IMG/VR virus record: IMGVR_UViG_3300032213_001637
Location: 32,001-96,000 of that record
Strand: one strand, 5' to 3'
DNA length: 64,000 nucleotides
Source of the DNA: a virus
A program made the position numbers and the translations under genes. Position 1 is the stretch's first letter. Every line of letters begins with the position of its first letter. Below are positions 46,758 through 54,608 of the stretch, piece after piece. The notes beneath the pieces were generated by a model, which made no database searches, was not told the DNA's origin, and saw only the letters and a program-made list of their open reading frames with translations.

Positions 46758-47822
46758 TTATCTCACCAACGTGGTCAACTTACCAAAACACTCGTTGAGC
46801 CAAATTTGGTAGTTGGGGATGTTATTCCACATTTTGTCTTCTGTGACCAACTTGGAAAATCCAACTCTGTCCATCTTCTTTATTGGCATATCCAAGATTT
46901 CATTGATACGAAGTTGTGAGAAACTTTGAATCTCCGTATCCTTCAATTGCATCAACGTATAGTTACGTTCGACAATATCCTTGTTTTCAAGAATATTACG
47001 ATAGAGCTTATATTTGCTCTGATTGTTTTCACAATAAGTGTAAATCTCTTGCAGATCTACATGTCTACTTTCGGCAAAAAACGGAAAACACTTGATAATA
47101 GTTTTTAGTCCAGCGCCATTAATTCCATCGATGTTATCTGACACATCACCCTCCAAAACTCTATACCAAATATAATTCTGACAGCTAACACCGTATTCAT
47201 TTAGAATTTCAGCACAACCATACAGTTTCTTTTTGGTAGGACTCCATACTTTAATTTTATCACTTGCCAATTGTAGAAAATCTTTATCAGCACTCATGAT
47301 ACTTACATTACTATCTTTATAATATTGTTGAGCAACATATGCAATTGTGTCATCTGCTTCAATATGATCGATTGCCATGGTTGAAATAGGCAAACAATCC
47401 AAATAGTGAACAGAACGCATTAACTGCGATTTCATATTCTTTTCTTCCAAATCACTAGTTGAAAGTTCTGAGTATGCTCTGTTTAATCGTATTTTTGTGT
47501 GTCGTTTATGTTTGTATTGTGGGTAAATCTTACGGCGTTTCATACTTCCGCCATTACCATCAAAAATAATAACACACCTAGTAGGGTTAATTAATTTGAT
47601 TGCATAACCCACACTCTTTAAAAATCCGGCAATGCCACCCGTGTGAAGACCATCTTCATTCATGGATGGCATTACCGAATATGCGCGAATAAATGTATTT
47701 AGCCCGTCCACCAAGAGAATATCCGAATTTTGACTTCGGTTAGACAAAGTATTCTTTTCTTCTTGTGAAATATTCTCAAAAATAGAGAACAACTTCTTTT
47801 TTTCCTCTTGGTTAAAACTCAT
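46758..47822 (-). CDS. 5'-3' exonuclease / T4 RNase H-like flap nuclease
   Basis: LLVDG, FDG, YK..R, EADD, SADKDF.Q, GDVSDNI.G. Confidence 0.93.
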   Translation of the reverse strand: MSFNQEEKKKLFSIFENISQEEKNTLSNRSQNSDILLVDGLNTFIRAYSVMPSMNEDGLHTGGIAGFLKSVGYAIKLINPTRCVIIFDGNGGSMKRRKIYPQYKHKRHTKIRLNRAYSELSTSDLEEKNMKSQLMRSVHYLDCLPISTMAIDHIEADDTIAYVAQQYYKDSNVSIMSADKDFLQLASDKIKVWSPTKKKLYGCAEILNEYGVSCQNYIWYRVLEGDVSDNIDGINGAGLKTIIKCFPFFAESRHVDLQEIYTYCENNQSKYKLYRNILENKDIVERNYTLMQLKDTEIQSFSQLRINEILDMPIKKMDRVGFSKLVTEDKMWNNIPNYQIWLNECFGKLTTLVR

Positions 47823-47828
47823 ATGCTA

Positions 47829-49016
47829 TTATTCTCCGCCAACTTCTTCTGCGTCCTCGGAAGAATCAACTTCCACATCTTCTCTAATCTCACTGTCAGG
47901 TGACTTGTACTTCATGATAGTTACTTCAGAAATCTTCTGATACAACTCTTCACGAAGTTCGGCATTAACCTTTACATCCTTAGCAAATGTCTTGGTATCA
48001 ATCTTAACAACTTCACCACTGTTCTTGATGTAATTGTATGGCGACTTAGCACCAGTGATAATTGAATGTTTCTTCAACACTTCAATCCAATTGCCACAAT
48101 TATCAATACCACTATCAAAGTAAATATTGAAATCAGCGTATCTCATAGGCGGACCCATACGATTTTTAACAACCACCGCTCGAGTCTTAACGCCAATGTG
48201 AATAGGTTCACCATTTTGAGTAATCTTCAAAGCACCCATACCCTTCAGTCGAAGACGTACACTAGCATGATACTGAATTGCCTTACCACCACTGGTAATA
48301 TACTTATCGCCAAACATCGCTGCCTGAAGGTTGACACGTAGTTGATTCGTGAAAACCAATGCAATACGTTGCTTACCAATCATGTCGTTAATCTTACGCA
48401 TCGCCTTGGAAATAATGATGGCCTTTCCAGTTGCATAACCATCCTTACCGTGATCACTTTCCAACTCGGCCTTAGTAGATGCACCAGCAACACTGTCAAC
48501 TATAATTGTGACAAGTCGATCTTTATTAGATTTACGAGCTTGAGAAATCAATAGTTCGATCTTTTCAAAGATGTCTTCCACTGTATTTGCGGTAACATAC
48601 AACATCTTTGGAATATCAACACCAATTGCTGTAAGAAAATCTTCAGAAACGGACTGTTCTGTATCAATAAAGATAGCAAGTCCACCCTTCTTTTGAGTTT
48701 CAGCAAGCAAATGTGCAGCCAACAAACTCTTACCGGACGCTTCAAGTCCAGTAATTTCGATAATTCGTCCCACCGGCATACCGGCATGTGGTCGATTTGA
48801 AATTGCGAGATCCAAGATATCACAACCTGTACTAATCCAATCCGTAATTGTAGATGGATCTTCTTTTTGATCCAAGAAAAACGCACACTTACCTGCATCT
48901 TTATTGGCCTTGTTTAACGCATCAGCGATAGATTCAATTAGTTCATCTCTCTGTGATGTACTATCATGTGTAACATGAGTTGATACTTTTTTCTTTTTTG
49001 GTGTTTCGTCTGACAT
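47829..49016 (-). CDS. RecA/UvsX recombinase
   Basis: ISTG..LD, GRIIEI.GLEASGKS, IDTE, VDSVA, TNQLR, TSGGKA, KNR. Confidence 0.95.
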   Translation of the reverse strand: MSDETPKKKKVSTHVTHDSTSQRDELIESIADALNKANKDAGKCAFFLDQKEDPSTITDWISTGCDILDLAISNRPHAGMPVGRIIEITGLEASGKSLLAAHLLAETQKKGGLAIFIDTEQSVSEDFLTAIGVDIPKMLYVTANTVEDIFEKIELLISQARKSNKDRLVTIIVDSVAGASTKAELESDHGKDGYATGKAIIISKAMRKINDMIGKQRIALVFTNQLRVNLQAAMFGDKYITSGGKAIQYHASVRLRLKGMGALKITQNGEPIHIGVKTRAVVVKNRMGPPMRYADFNIYFDSGIDNCGNWIEVLKKHSIITGAKSPYNYIKNSGEVVKIDTKTFAKDVKVNAELREELYQKISEVTIMKYKSPDSEIREDVEVDSSEDAEEVGGE

Positions 49017-49032
49017 AACTTTTATTGAAATG

Positions 49033-49069
49033 AAAAAGGAGAGGTGGCAGTTTACCCACCACCTCTCCT
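49033..49069 (-). terminator. intrinsic terminator after the SSB gene
   Basis: AGGAGAGGTGG-N11-CCACCTCTCCT plus U-tract on the minus strand. Confidence 0.8.
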
Positions 49070-49080
49070 GTTAATGTTGT

Positions 49081-49923
49081 TTAACTATTGAACAAATTGT
49101 CAAACGCCTTGGTGAGGTCGTCTGTATTTGTCTTTGCCACACCAGCAGTAGGAGACTTACTAGTTGCCTTTGCCGGAGCAGCAGCTTGAATAGCTGCGGC
49201 AGCGGCGACTGGCTGAGTATCGTCTTCGTCAATAACCGCGTTGTTAACAGTCTCGGCTGGAGCGTTCTCCGGATTTAGCCAAGAGGTCATAACCTCCTTG
49301 AGTTCCTCATACTTGGGTTCGGGAAACAAATCAAGAATGTCAGTCTGATTCTTGATAGAATCAATCATCTTGTTATCCTTAGGATCAACTGCGGGTGTAG
49401 CGTTAGGCTTCACACGAATTGAAGTTTCAGGATAGTTCTTACCACTCTCCTCAGCGGTACGGAACTCAACAACGATATCACGTCCGGACGCGAGATCGGT
49501 AATATCACCGTAATCGGGATCGGCCATAACAGATAGAATTTCCTGATAGACCTGCTTTCCGAATCCCCAGAACTTCACACCTTCATGCTCTTCACCACGA
49601 ACGATGACAGGAGCGAATGTGCGCATCTTGGGTTCCATCTTACGACCAGTCTGCCAATCTTCCTTAGAACCAGTCTTCTTGAGACGGTTGCTAAATTCGA
49701 CGATAGGATCCGGACGATTAAAACTATCTGGAGACAGATAAGTCTTGTTATTGATGCCGTAATGAAACTTGAGTTCGATGAACGGAGCATCAGGTTGGAA
49801 CTTATAGGGAACGATACGAATTGTTTGCTTACCCGGCTTTGGCTTCCAAATGAGTTGGGTCTTGGAATTCGTGTTTGAAAGAGAGTTCAAACGGCTCTTA
49901 ATCTTCGACAAGTCAATTGCCAT
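49081..49923 (-). CDS. single-stranded DNA-binding protein (T4 gp32-like)
   Basis: WKP..G..IRIVP, GVKFWGFGK, DITD..GRD, low-complexity linker and acidic/aromatic tail; beside RecA. Confidence 0.85.
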   Translation of the reverse strand: MAIDLSKIKSRLNSLSNTNSKTQLIWKPKPGKQTIRIVPYKFQPDAPFIELKFHYGINNKTYLSPDSFNRPDPIVEFSNRLKKTGSKEDWQTGRKMEPKMRTFAPVIVRGEEHEGVKFWGFGKQVYQEILSVMADPDYGDITDLASGRDIVVEFRTAEESGKNYPETSIRVKPNATPAVDPKDNKMIDSIKNQTDILDLFPEPKYEELKEVMTSWLNPENAPAETVNNAVIDEDDTQPVAAAAAIQAAAPAKATSKSPTAGVAKTNTDDLTKAFDNLFNS

Positions 49924-49956
49924 AATTTTTTATTTATTAATTAATTGTTAAGTAGT

Positions 49957-50006
49957 AATTAGTTAAGCGTTTGCATCCACTCGGATACACACGGTTGTAA
50001 CTAATT
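49957..50006 (-). promoter_or_regulatory. long stem-loop in the SSB 5' leader
   Basis: AATTAGTTA/TAACTAATT stem plus CGTGTGTATCC-GAGT-GGATGCAAACG stem. Confidence 0.6.
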
Positions 50007-50039
50007 CTGGTATAACTATATCAGCGTATTCTCAAACTT

Positions 50040-50432
50040 TCAACTTATTATATCGAAAATTTTGAGGGGAATTATTTTAACGGAGATCTCATTTGTTATA
50101 ATCAATGAGTTATTATAATACTCCCAATTTAACTGATAAGTTTTATCAAAAACGCCATTATTTTCCTCGGTGATGAGTTTGTTCATGGCATTTAACGTAT
50201 ACAAAGTATTGGTTTGTTTTTTACGATGTATAGAAATAGTATTAGGCAGCTTTTTACGAGCGAACTCACTATTTAGTATATTATATGTAAGATACAATTC
50301 GTTGTTGTTTTTCTCATTATTAAACACAAAAATTTTGTTGTTTGTTAATGTATAAAACGATTTAACTTGTTCCACTAATAGTTTATAGTCCGTTGGAACA
50401 GAAAATGTACAAAGTAATTGTGTGTCTTTCAT
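50040..50432 (-). CDS. phage hypothetical protein
   Basis: QLLCTF, TISIHRKKQTNTLYTLNA. Confidence 0.75.
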   Translation of the reverse strand: MKDTQLLCTFSVPTDYKLLVEQVKSFYTLTNNKIFVFNNEKNNNELYLTYNILNSEFARKKLPNTISIHRKKQTNTLYTLNAMNKLITEENNGVFDKTYQLNWEYYNNSLIITNEISVKIIPLKIFDIIS

Positions 50433-51124
50433 CTAACAGATAATATTGTTGTTTTGTGGCTATTTACGTTATACCACTCACATCCAACCAATTGACCGTC
50501 AACATTATACCAACGGTTTTTATTACGAATCCAATTGTTGGACGTTGCTTCTTCCAACGTAAATTCCATTGTTAAGATTTTTTCGATTTCCGCTGCGTCT
50601 TTTTCTTTTTGATCGGGACTTCTGGTGGCAAGATCGTCGCTTTGACTTCCGGTTTGACTTCCGGTTTGACTTCCGGCTGAACTTCCTCCTTGCATTGGGT
50701 CTTGCCCCTGAACTTGTTGATTAGGTTGTTGAGCACCTGGCTCAATTTCGATAGGTTTTTCATTTGGTGATGTTGGTTCTTGTACTGGTTGTGCAGGAGC
50801 GTTAAAATCCAAATTGGTTTGACCCTTTGTTGGATCTTCTTCAAAATGGGTTCTACGCTTTAGCGCACGTTGTTTATATTCCGGGTTCGGAAATGTAACC
50901 AATATACCCTTGGAGTTATAAGCTTGTCTCTCTGGGTATTTACCTTCAATAACTTTATTTGCATATTCAACAACTTCTCCTTTTGGAATTCCCATTTCAG
51001 AGAATTTTTCTCTTAGGATTTCCATGTGATCGTTGTTAAAAATATCAAATATGCCGTCGTCAACTCGTCTATCAAGACAAAGTTCAGACAACAACGCAGA
51101 AACGTTCTTATAAATCTTTTTCAT
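50429..51124 (-). CDS. hypothetical protein with Q/P/G-rich linker
   Basis: 231 aa; 12-bp repeat x3 at 50641..50676 (GSQT). Confidence 0.7.
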   Translation of the reverse strand: MKKIYKNVSALLSELCLDRRVDDGIFDIFNNDHMEILREKFSEMGIPKGEVVEYANKVIEGKYPERQAYNSKGILVTFPNPEYKQRALKRRTHFEEDPTKGQTNLDFNAPAQPVQEPTSPNEKPIEIEPGAQQPNQQVQGQDPMQGGSSAGSQTGSQTGSQSDDLATRSPDQKEKDAAEIEKILTMEFTLEEATSNNWIRNKNRWYNVDGQLVGCEWYNVNSHKTTILSVR

Positions 51125-51125
51125 G

Positions 51126-52802
51126 TTATTTCTTTAAGTCTACGGATGCACTGTCTACTTTTGCTAATGGCATGGTGATCAACGAGAAGTTTAGAAACAA
51201 ATAATCATCGTTTCCGATTGTTAACGAAGCAGCCTGATCCGTGGTTCCACCTTCTCCACAAAGAGTTGGTCGATATGCAAAAATTGGATCCTTGGCATTT
51301 TTTGGAAGTGGCAAGTTAGGATTAAACCAAACATGTCCACCTTCAGTGGTTTTAATCAAAAGATGTCGTTCATTTGAAGCGTTTGGTGAATTTGATTTAA
51401 TCCAATTAATAGATCCCATTTTACTCGGATCACGTGCTGTCATATCTTCTGGATTAATTACGTTCATTTCAACGTTTGCAGTTGTATGCATTAATATACA
51501 ACAATTGTTTTCACTAAATGGTGCTTTGCCATCAATATCAAATTCGGGACCATATATTGTCTTGCCGGCAATAATTCTGGTTGCTTTTGTTCCATCCAAG
51601 AAATCAAGATGTCCTGAAAATTTGCTACCACCCATGTAATACAAATACTTTTTGCCAGTAGATGGTTTTGTTACAAATTTATAAAACGCATTACGAAAAT
51701 CTGAAGTTATGGCAATATAAAATTTAGTTCCTTGTCCAAGTGTTTCAAGTACAGACTTTCCATTAATAGTGATGGCTTTATTTTGTTCATCAAATGTAGT
51801 TGTCTTCGGATTAATCGTTAATGGTGGAACCCGATAATGCCTCTTAATTCCTTCTATGAAAGATACCTTAATACTATCCCATATCATTTTAACTTTTCCA
51901 TCGGTGAATGCCTTATCTAATCCTAACATTCCAGAATACTGTGGGAAATCTACTCTACGTACTGACTGTACTTTTACCTTTGGATTAAATTCCGCACCTT
52001 TAAAGGAAATCCAAAATACATCAGTTTCTTGATTGCACAATGCAATGTCTGCTTTAGCATCCTTACCTTTATTTAATCTTTTAGCGTAATCAACTTCAAC
52101 TCCAGTGGCAACTCGTTCATTTTGGTCCCAAAAATGCAACCGCATTGGAGTTTTTTCTGGATTATTTTCTTTAAACCACACGTTCATATGATCAACTGCA
52201 ATTTCTTCTTTTTCCTTGCCAGGCGATTTAGATACTACACCCAAAGTAAACAAATCGGGGTGTTCTTTTATCAACTTAAAAAACAACATAAGTTGTCCGA
52301 AAGCTATACCAGTATCAGTTTTAATACCATGTGTAGTGTTGATATTTGAAACTCGGGTACCTTTATTTGTAGCAATTCTTAATGAACTGTTACTATGTAA
52401 TACTTTTAATCCCCCTTCTTCTTTTCCAATTTTTACGACATCACTCATTGTTAACGACGCATCTTGTTTACGATCTTTAGGAAACAATGTTGGTGGTTGA
52501 TTTCTTGCGTTTGAAAGATCAAGTTTTCTTAAATCGTCATCGTCAAAAAATACACGTGCTTGTTCTGGTTTACCACGCCCAATTATTTTATTGATTAATG
52601 TGATATCTTCCTCGGATAATCCGTTTGATGGGGTTTTACTTTCAATTTCGTTGACCAATTTTGGTATTGAAAAATAAGAATCGTAACCACAATTTTCGAT
52701 TGCGGTAACCAACAAATCATGATCTAATTTGTCAATACCGCCAGTTTTTGAAAGTACCGAATACTCTAAAAGTATATCTTTGATGATTTTATCTTTATTC
52801 AT
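51126..52802 (-). CDS. putative PD-(D/E)XK-fold nuclease-like protein
   Basis: EEIA..KADIAL..WISFK..QYSG resembles a restriction-endonuclease-like active site. Confidence 0.5.
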   Translation of the reverse strand: MNKDKIIKDILLEYSVLSKTGGIDKLDHDLLVTAIENCGYDSYFSIPKLVNEIESKTPSNGLSEEDITLINKIIGRGKPEQARVFFDDDDLRKLDLSNARNQPPTLFPKDRKQDASLTMSDVVKIGKEEGGLKVLHSNSSLRIATNKGTRVSNINTTHGIKTDTGIAFGQLMLFFKLIKEHPDLFTLGVVSKSPGKEKEEIAVDHMNVWFKENNPEKTPMRLHFWDQNERVATGVEVDYAKRLNKGKDAKADIALCNQETDVFWISFKGAEFNPKVKVQSVRRVDFPQYSGMLGLDKAFTDGKVKMIWDSIKVSFIEGIKRHYRVPPLTINPKTTTFDEQNKAITINGKSVLETLGQGTKFYIAITSDFRNAFYKFVTKPSTGKKYLYYMGGSKFSGHLDFLDGTKATRIIAGKTIYGPEFDIDGKAPFSENNCCILMHTTANVEMNVINPEDMTARDPSKMGSINWIKSNSPNASNERHLLIKTTEGGHVWFNPNLPLPKNAKDPIFAYRPTLCGEGGTTDQAASLTIGNDDYLFLNFSLITMPLAKVDSASVDLKK

Positions 52803-52852
52803 GACGACACAATATTTAATAAATATTGCGTCTTATATGAAAACCTTTCTTT

Positions 52853-54196
52853 TTAGAAAGATACTGGAATCATGTCATGATAGTTCTTTCCTGTATAACA
52901 CTTGGTTGGAAATCCTTGGTTCTCCATCAATCGTATAATTTCAGACAAAATACCCTGTTTACCCTCACTTTTATGTACATCAAACAACATAGAATCATAA
53001 GTGTACAAAATAGGTTTGGTCTGTTTATCACTCAAATAACGATTCACATCCATCAAACTCTGCATCGAATATTCAGTTTCAGACGCTTGAAGAATATAGT
53101 TGAACAACTTGTTCGGATTGGAATCCTTCAAGTGATTTGACGTTATAGGACGTTTAAAAATGGGAGTCTCAATATATCCAAAACTCTTAAAGAAATCCCA
53201 CCGGTGCTCAATATATTCACGGATCTTCGCAAAATAAGGAATTTTAAGGTATTCATCAGAAATTGAACCATACAATTGTTGGAACGTTAACGTTTTCGCC
53301 TTCTTCAACTGATCTTCAGAAAGATCTTCGGATTTGAAGTAATATTGACCCAAATATGCATATATGTTAACATTTTTAGGAAAATCATATCGAATCAATT
53401 TTCCAATAATATGCGGATGATACGCGCTATAATCCAACATCACCAATATTCCATCATCACCAAACCTTGATACAAAACTCTTACGACATTCGTTTTCTTT
53501 GTTCAACGCGGAATAGTTGATACCGCCAAAACGATTGCTGGGACGACCCGTTGATGTAAAAATGTTATACTCGGTGTATATACGGTTGTTTACTACCAGA
53601 TGTTTCTTATCAGGGAAGTGTTTCTCAAACTCAACCATATCAACGTACAATCCATGTGATTCAATAGATTGTAGAGTTTCTATAATCGATGTATTAACGT
53701 TGTGATATGAATCATCATACGTCTTTTTAATATGAACCTCTACATCTTCACATACGTCCAAAAATCGTGATATGTGATTGTTAACAGGAATTATCTTGTT
53801 GAGTTCATTATGATGATTGTACTTGTTTCTAAAGAATAGGTGTGCCGAAGTATCATATTCGTCCTGATCAATAATCTCTCCTGATTCAATAAATGATATC
53901 AATGACAAATCATGAAGATTCTGAATCTTCAACAAATGAAGTACTTTACGTTTAGAAAAACAAAAGATACGTCCACGAATCGTATTTAACAGATTGATAA
54001 TATCATCCTTAGATACAAACTCAACCGAATCATATGTGTCAATATGAATCGAATACCATTTGTTGTTTGACACCACCTTGATCAACACCAAACACGGTTC
54101 GTCTGACGCGGAATGTCTAAAATCAGATAAAGGCACCACATCCAAAATGATGTCCTTCTTTCCAATCTCAGATATAATTTTTTTAACAAGATTCAC
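52853..54196 (-). CDS. divergent family A DNA polymerase-like protein (thumb deleted)
   Basis: E.HGL.VD, TSTGRPS, motif A LDYSAYHP, motif B AKTLTFQQLYG, NY.LQA, motif C YTYDS. Confidence 0.85.
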   Translation of the reverse strand: MNLVKKIISEIGKKDIILDVVPLSDFRHSASDEPCLVLIKVVSNNKWYSIHIDTYDSVEFVSKDDIINLLNTIRGRIFCFSKRKVLHLLKIQNLHDLSLISFIESGEIIDQDEYDTSAHLFFRNKYNHHNELNKIIPVNNHISRFLDVCEDVEVHIKKTYDDSYHNVNTSIIETLQSIESHGLYVDMVEFEKHFPDKKHLVVNNRIYTEYNIFTSTGRPSNRFGGINYSALNKENECRKSFVSRFGDDGILVMLDYSAYHPHIIGKLIRYDFPKNVNIYAYLGQYYFKSEDLSEDQLKKAKTLTFQQLYGSISDEYLKIPYFAKIREYIEHRWDFFKSFGYIETPIFKRPITSNHLKDSNPNKLFNYILQASETEYSMQSLMDVNRYLSDKQTKPILYTYDSMLFDVHKSEGKQGILSEIIRLMENQGFPTKCYTGKNYHDMIPVSF

Positions 54197-54205
54197 TCAC
54201 CTATA

Positions 54206-54234
54206 ACCATATCGTAACGATTTCAAAATGTCAA
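54206..54234 (-). promoter_or_regulatory. sigma70-like promoter
   Basis: TTGACA-N17-TATGGT, 9 nt before GTG 54196. Confidence 0.7.
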
Positions 54235-54608
54235 CCTTTAAACGCATTTAAATAATTCTCGCTAATTTTCAAGGTTATTCCAGTCATGTCTTTTTCTGCC
54301 AACTTAACTTGTTTACGATTATACTCGTAAGCACCTTCTTGAATCACCTTGCCATCTTTAATAACGTCACGTTGTATTCCAGATACTTGCCAATTGATGC
54401 TTGATTTCTTATAGATATTTTCTGGAAGATTTCTAAAATTGTCACCCTCAACTTCAATAACGTCGTTGTCGTTGATCTTTTTAACAAAATAACGACGTGT
54501 ATAAGGAATACTATAGTCAATGTCAGAAGACGAAAACAAATACGCACGTGGAAATATCGATGGTATTATATCCCCAGCTAAATTAATATATTTACTCAAT
54601 TCAATCAT
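54231..54608 (-). CDS. hypothetical protein (end of baseplate operon)
   Basis: 125 aa, RYFVKKIND motif, coupled to the upstream gene. Confidence 0.7.
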   Translation of the reverse strand: MIELSKYINLAGDIIPSIFPRAYLFSSSDIDYSIPYTRRYFVKKINDNDVIEVEGDNFRNLPENIYKKSSINWQVSGIQRDVIKDGKVIQEGAYEYNRKQVKLAEKDMTGITLKISENYLNAFKG

